From the IMG/VR virus record IMGVR_UViG_3300027772_000058, positions 1-41,562 of that record: a stretch of 41,562 bases of DNA. One strand, 5' to 3'. Source of the DNA: a virus. Taxonomy: Duplodnaviria; Caudoviricetes. Positions 37,812-41,562 of the stretch are shown here, piece after piece. A program made the position numbers and the translations under genes. Within the stretch, counting starts at the first letter, position 1. Every line of letters starts with the position of its first letter. The notes under the pieces were generated by a model. The model was not told where the DNA came from. It ran no database searches and saw only the letters and a list, made by a program, of their open reading frames with translations.

Positions 37812-38087
37812 TCAGGTGGACTTTTTGCTAGTCTTTTCTAGTGTAGTTGGGATGTTTGAAACAAAACCATTTAGGGTCTGAGCCTTTGCAATGATTTCAT
37901 TTTCTGATGGATAAGAAGGATATCCTGGATGTGTAGGCATCTCTCCACCATTGATTTTAGCAATTTCTACTTTTGTAAAGTATTCATTACTAATTACTTC
38001 ACGCTTACCGTAGTAGTCATCGTTAAGCATGTCTTTTGCCATTTTTAAAAGTTCTAGGCGAATCTCGAACGGGGTCAAGTTACTCAT
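37812..38087 (-). CDS. Conserved phage hypothetical protein (91 aa)
   Basis: TPFEIRLELLKMAKDML...YPSENEIIAKAQTLNGFVS; AAGGAG RBS; late promoter CTAAATA at 38166-38160. Confidence 0.8.
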   Translation of the reverse strand: MSNLTPFEIRLELLKMAKDMLNDDYYGKREVISNEYFTKVEIAKINGGEMPTHPGYPSYPSENEIIAKAQTLNGFVSNIPTTLEKTSKKST

Positions 38088-38172
38088 GTTTTACTCCTTG
38101 TGTGTTATGAGTTGTGTGTAATGAAGGTTTTATTGGGAACCTACAACCCACTGTACAATTATTTAGGAATAA

Positions 38173-38394
38173 TTATTTCTTTGCTTCTACCTTTGGTGCT
38201 TCAGCTTTCTTCTCTACTTTTTTTGCAGTAGGTTTTTCAGACTTTGGAGCAGGAGGACATTTACCATTCTTGTCCTTAGTTACGCAATTTGCTTCAACTT
38301 TTGCTGGAGCCTTTGCTTCTTCTTTCTTAGCTGGTTCAGCAGCGAAAGATGTCAAAGCAAACGTAGTTACGATTAATCCAATAAGTGTTTTCAT
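38173..38394 (-). CDS. Small exported Lys/Ala/Glu-rich protein with a Cys pair (73 aa)
   Basis: Signal peptide MKTLIGLIVTTFALTSFA; CVTKDKNGKC; AGGA RBS. Confidence 0.75.
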   Translation of the reverse strand: MKTLIGLIVTTFALTSFAAEPAKKEEAKAPAKVEANCVTKDKNGKCPPAPKSEKPTAKKVEKKAEAPKVEAKK

Positions 38395-38476
38395 ATTATT
38401 TCCTAAGTTAAAATTACTTCGTCATCCTTAAGCAATCCAGATCTATACAATAGGTACAGAGGGTGTTGCATCCAGC

Positions 38477-38992
38477 TTAGACTTTACCAACAAAATTGAA
38501 AGATACATCAGGATAGTCGCTCTGCAACTTATCCCAATTCTTTCTCCAATTTACTATACGCTGCATTTCTGAATCAGGATTCTGATCATCAACCAACGTA
38601 TTAGTAAAACTTTCAACAGTATACTTGAACATTGAGTCAACCCCATATATGTCAAGTTCTGTAAAATCATTTTCGCACATAATCTGAGCAGCAACATGAC
38701 CAGCAGAAAAGAATTCTTTAGCATCTGGCATCAAGTCAATAAAGAGATTATTGTTTAATATATATTCACGAATTTTATATTCATCAGTAGATCGCCATGC
38801 TCTGGCTGTAAAAAAAACTGGACAAGAAATCAAATTAAGATCTCTTGACCAGCGTTCTATTACATTACCATCAAGGATAACAGTAGCATCTACTTTGGTC
38901 CAAGGAATATTGCACCCAATAGAATAACTATACCCATCAGAAGTATCAAACCTATTTCTACTTGGACCATTTGCAACTACTGCTCCTCTCAT
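38477..38992 (-). CDS. Putative glycosyltransferase-like protein (DUF115/sialyltransferase-like fold)
   Basis: VVANGPS, IGCN, SAGHVAAQI...ELDIYGVD motifs. Confidence 0.6.
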   Translation of the reverse strand: MRGAVVANGPSRNRFDTSDGYSYSIGCNIPWTKVDATVILDGNVIERWSRDLNLISCPVFFTARAWRSTDEYKIREYILNNNLFIDLMPDAKEFFSAGHVAAQIMCENDFTELDIYGVDSMFKYTVESFTNTLVDDQNPDSEMQRIVNWRKNWDKLQSDYPDVSFNFVGKV

Positions 38993-39008
38993 TAGTCAAC
39001 TACCATAA

Positions 39009-39575
39009 TTAGAATGACCTTGTGTAAGAAAATACTGTTTGTTTATTAGCACCATTACCAGTTAAAACATCATAACCTATAGAGATCTTGTCAACCTTAC
39101 TTAGATCGTAGTTAACAGCATATCTCATAGTATCAGATCTATCAAGATCAGAAACATCATATGAATTACGATAACGATAAGCAACTCTAGCACTAAAACC
39201 ATCAATTGGAAGTTTAACATTAATTCCAGGTTCGATAGAGTAAAATTCTACACCCGCTTTACCAGAAACACTTTTAATGCCAGTAGCGCCACGAATAGTT
39301 GCTTTAGCAAAAGATGTTATTTCATACCCAGTTGATAATCCAATTTCTTTCCTAGAAGTTACTGAATTGGTTACACTATTAATTGCTTGATTGATACCAA
39401 TATCACCATCTATATTAGAAAATAATTTAGTTTTTGCAGATAAGCGAGTTACCCCGACATTTTGTCCATTGCTATCTACAGTTCTATCTGCATAACTAAC
39501 AGTCACGGATGATTGCGCTAGAGCAACTGAAGAACAAGCAAGTAAGGTTGATGCTACTAAAAGTTTTAATTTCAT
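39009..39575 (-). CDS. Small outer-membrane beta-barrel / porin-like protein (188 aa)
   Basis: Signal peptide ending VALA, alternating amphipathic strands (ARVAYRYRN, RYAVNYDL, ISIGYD), C-terminal YTRSF. Confidence 0.8.
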   Translation of the reverse strand: MKLKLLVASTLLACSSVALAQSSVTVSYADRTVDSNGQNVGVTRLSAKTKLFSNIDGDIGINQAINSVTNSVTSRKEIGLSTGYEITSFAKATIRGATGIKSVSGKAGVEFYSIEPGINVKLPIDGFSARVAYRYRNSYDVSDLDRSDTMRYAVNYDLSKVDKISIGYDVLTGNGANKQTVFSYTRSF

Positions 39576-39584
39576 TTTGTTTTT

Positions 39585-39673
39585 CCTTTAAAAATTAATT
39601 TAAAGGTAATTGGCACTTATTGTCCGACATACCTCATAATATAGTATTTGGCACTTATTGTCCGACATACTAA
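39585..39673 (-). promoter_or_regulatory. Tandem 23-nt motif with closing stems plus SD-sequestering hairpin (candidate cis-regulatory RNA)
   Basis: GTATGTCGGACAATAAGTGCCAA at 39670-39648 and 39632-39610; CCTTTAAA/TTTAAAGG hairpin at 39606-39585. Confidence 0.6.
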
Positions 39674-39678
39674 AACGT

Positions 39679-40003
39679 GGTAGGTTATTCTGTTACGAGG
39701 AAACCTACCGAAACCCTAAGCAGTGTTTAGGCTGCTAATGCGAACTGTGCGTCGTTTGCGTTTACGTTGTTTTAGTTTTAACATCTTCTCTGATGGGTTG
39801 TCCACTTCTATACTTGTTACCCTGTCGAAACCTAGTCACCCCCAACGAAACATACTGGAATACAGTTTATAAGCGAATCTTTGAAGTTATCTCTTGACCT
39901 TTCAGCTACATCGCTATCCAATATGCTTCGGTGGAGGTGGGGAGAATCGAACTCCCGTCCAGAATACTTTTCTAGTTGCTTCAAACAACCATTCACCTAT
40001 TAT
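39679..40003 (-). ncRNA. ssrA: Two-piece (circularly permuted) tmRNA; tag ANDAQFALAA
   Basis: The acceptor piece comes first: T-arm GGGAG-TTCGATT-CTCCC, then CACCTCC-A-CC ending at 39930. After an intervening segment, GGGGGTGACTAGGTTTCGAC starts at 39843 (G3-U70 pair). Tag ORF at 39759-39727. Outer ends approximate. Confidence 0.93.
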
Positions 40004-40009
40004 ATATCA

Positions 40010-40016
40010 TATTTAG
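40010..40016 (-). promoter_or_regulatory. Late promoter CTAAATA upstream of the tmRNA
   Basis: Same core as the other late promoters, immediately before the acceptor piece. Confidence 0.6.
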
Positions 40017-40033
40017 TTGCAAAGCAAATTTAT

Positions 40034-41092
40034 TTAATTACCTGCATCATTAAAGGAAAGATCTCCTTTAAATACACTCTTTGTTCCGTAGGCTCCATTA
40101 TACCAAACTACTAAGTTCTTAAGTTTTTTATTGGTAATCTCATTGTATAGTGTTTTTCTAACATCATCAGCCTTTTGACCAACAACCCAATCATACTTAC
40201 CAGTGTCTTCTACGATAGCTGCAATTGCTTCTGGATCTTTCAACATCTTATTCAAAGCATCACGAAGTTTCTGTGTATTGGGATTTCCTTTATTTACCCA
40301 GATAACTTTTTGCAATACATTATTGAATGTACGAGCCATATGATAAGACTCATATAATTCACCAGAAGGTGCTACACCCCAAGTTGCTTTATAAACATCT
40401 TCAAATAACTTACCTTTAAAGTTTGGATTTTCAATTTGTTTACCTGTCTTTAAATCACGAAGTCCATGAGTAAACCAAACAACAGTATTAGCATCATTCT
40501 CGTAGAAACGAACCCATGATGTTGGAGGATCTCTAGTAATGTTTAACTCACCACGTAGATACATTGGACGAATTTGGTTACCAGCAACGCCATTAACCCA
40601 AATCATCTTTTCTTTCCAACAAGCAAGATATGCATTGGTATCTGATTTTGGACCACATAGCATCAAACCAACTGCCAACGCATCAGTCATAGCGTTACCA
40701 CCACCAAACTTTGCTTTATCAATCTTTGGATTAAAGTTCTTATTGTGACCAACAACCAAATCAAGATTCATCAAACCAATAGCATCGTATTGACTAAACT
40801 CATAGTCAACTTCTTCTAACAAATAGTTTACTGCGTGACTACCAAGACTAACTACCATTGTCTTATCATCTTTACGAAACTCTTTGTGCCACTGATTCAT
40901 TCCTGGAATATTTCTTGCGCCTGGAACGTGTTGTAACACAATTGGTTCATCAGTATACTTACTCAAATGTTTTGCCATAACAGAAGCCCAAACTGCTCCA
41001 CCAGATCCTGGAGCGTCTGGAACAATCATTCTATAATCTGCTAAAGCGAACGTACTGCTTAGTAGAAATAGAAAACCAATCAAATACTTCAT
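40034..41092 (-). CDS. tctC: Tripartite tricarboxylate transporter substrate-binding protein (TctC/Bug-like)
   Basis: Signal peptide; MIVPDAPGSGG..WASVMAKHL...PIVLQHVPGA; C-terminal KGNP..QKLRDALNKMLKDPE; coupled to tctA. Confidence 0.8.
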   Translation of the reverse strand: MKYLIGFLFLLSSTFALADYRMIVPDAPGSGGAVWASVMAKHLSKYTDEPIVLQHVPGARNIPGMNQWHKEFRKDDKTMVVSLGSHAVNYLLEEVDYEFSQYDAIGLMNLDLVVGHNKNFNPKIDKAKFGGGNAMTDALAVGLMLCGPKSDTNAYLACWKEKMIWVNGVAGNQIRPMYLRGELNITRDPPTSWVRFYENDANTVVWFTHGLRDLKTGKQIENPNFKGKLFEDVYKATWGVAPSGELYESYHMARTFNNVLQKVIWVNKGNPNTQKLRDALNKMLKDPEAIAAIVEDTGKYDWVVGQKADDVRKTLYNEITNKKLKNLVVWYNGAYGTKSVFKGDLSFNDAGN

Positions 41093-41562
41093 TTATTTCT
41101 CCTTAATATTGTCCAATATAAAATAAAACCTGAAAAGAAAACCAACGCAACAGTAATAGGTCTCTGTATAATTTCAGTAAACGAATACAGAGTATATGCT
41201 TGTTGAGTGAAGTTTTCAAATTTCTCTGCGACTATAAAAGATAATAGTAACGCAGGTCTACTCAAATCAAAGTATTTGGCACCTAGTCCGACAATACTAC
41301 AGATAACGAGGATATACAAGTCATTCATTGTACCAGTATACTGGAAACAACTCCAAATGACTATTGCTAGAATACCACTTGCATAAATCCAATATGGTAT
41401 TTCTAGAATCTTTACTACATACTTTGTTATGAAAATACAAAGTATAAATGTTAGGATAGTTGATGCTACGAAACTTGCTCCAACTGACCAGATAAACTTA
41501 GTGTCAGAAACAAGTTCAGCACTGCCCATGTACATACCAAAATAAACACAAATTGCCATCAT
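41089..41562 (-). CDS. tctA: Tripartite tricarboxylate transporter permease TctA, C-terminal part
   Basis: Polytopic; LSRPALLLSFIVAEKFENFTQQA...QRPI matches the TctA C-terminal pattern. The 5' part probably lies outside the window. Confidence 0.78.
   Translation of the reverse strand: MMAICVYFGMYMGSAELVSDTKFIWSVGASFVASTILTFILCIFITKYVVKILEIPYWIYASGILAIVIWSCFQYTGTMNDLYILVICSIVGLGAKYFDLSRPALLLSFIVAEKFENFTQQAYTLYSFTEIIQRPITVALVFFSGFILYWTILRRNK

Noticed and set aside
39610-39670. Mini CRISPR array
   Set aside because: Only two repeats with a 15-nt spacer and no cas genes; the flanking stems fit an RNA motif better.
39930-39960. tRNA gene or integration (att) site
   Set aside because: There is no anticodon arm; this is the tmRNA acceptor piece, and its partner strand starts at 39843.
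39881-40114. 77-aa + strand ORF
   Set aside because: It is antisense to the tmRNA and tctC; WRWGESNSRP is a typical translation artefact of tRNA-like sequence.

Overview
A 41.6-kb, AT-rich segment of a T4-like myovirus genome. From 1 to 33.4 kb it is a late virion module: tail-fibre genes, then baseplate and tail genes (VrlC/DUF4815-like, gp8, gp7, gp6, gp25, PAAR, gp5, hub, gp53, gp48) on the - strand, and gp4, gp2, gp54, holin-like, gp16, gp26, gp51 and a tape-measure-like gene on the + strand. Many (C/A)TAAATA late promoters are present. From 33.4 to 41.6 kb (- strand) lie gp32/gp59/gp33 and an accessory region. Highlights: (1) a tail-fibre-like protein ending in CNCNCNCNC, followed by an unknown protein and a radical SAM/SPASM enzyme, which is a candidate system for RiPP-style modification of a virion protein; (2) a 23-aa PqqA (PQQ precursor) gene that the ORF track missed; (3) a circularly permuted two-piece tmRNA (tag ANDAQFALAA) close to a phage ClpP; (4) a tandem 23-nt motif with covarying closing stems and an alternative SD-sequestering hairpin upstream of an outer-membrane beta-barrel gene, which is a candidate unknown riboswitch, downstream of TctA/TctC transporter genes. 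PqqA and the permuted tmRNA suggest a betaproteobacterial, probably Methylophilaceae, host (inference). All calls come from motif recognition by eye; no searches were run.
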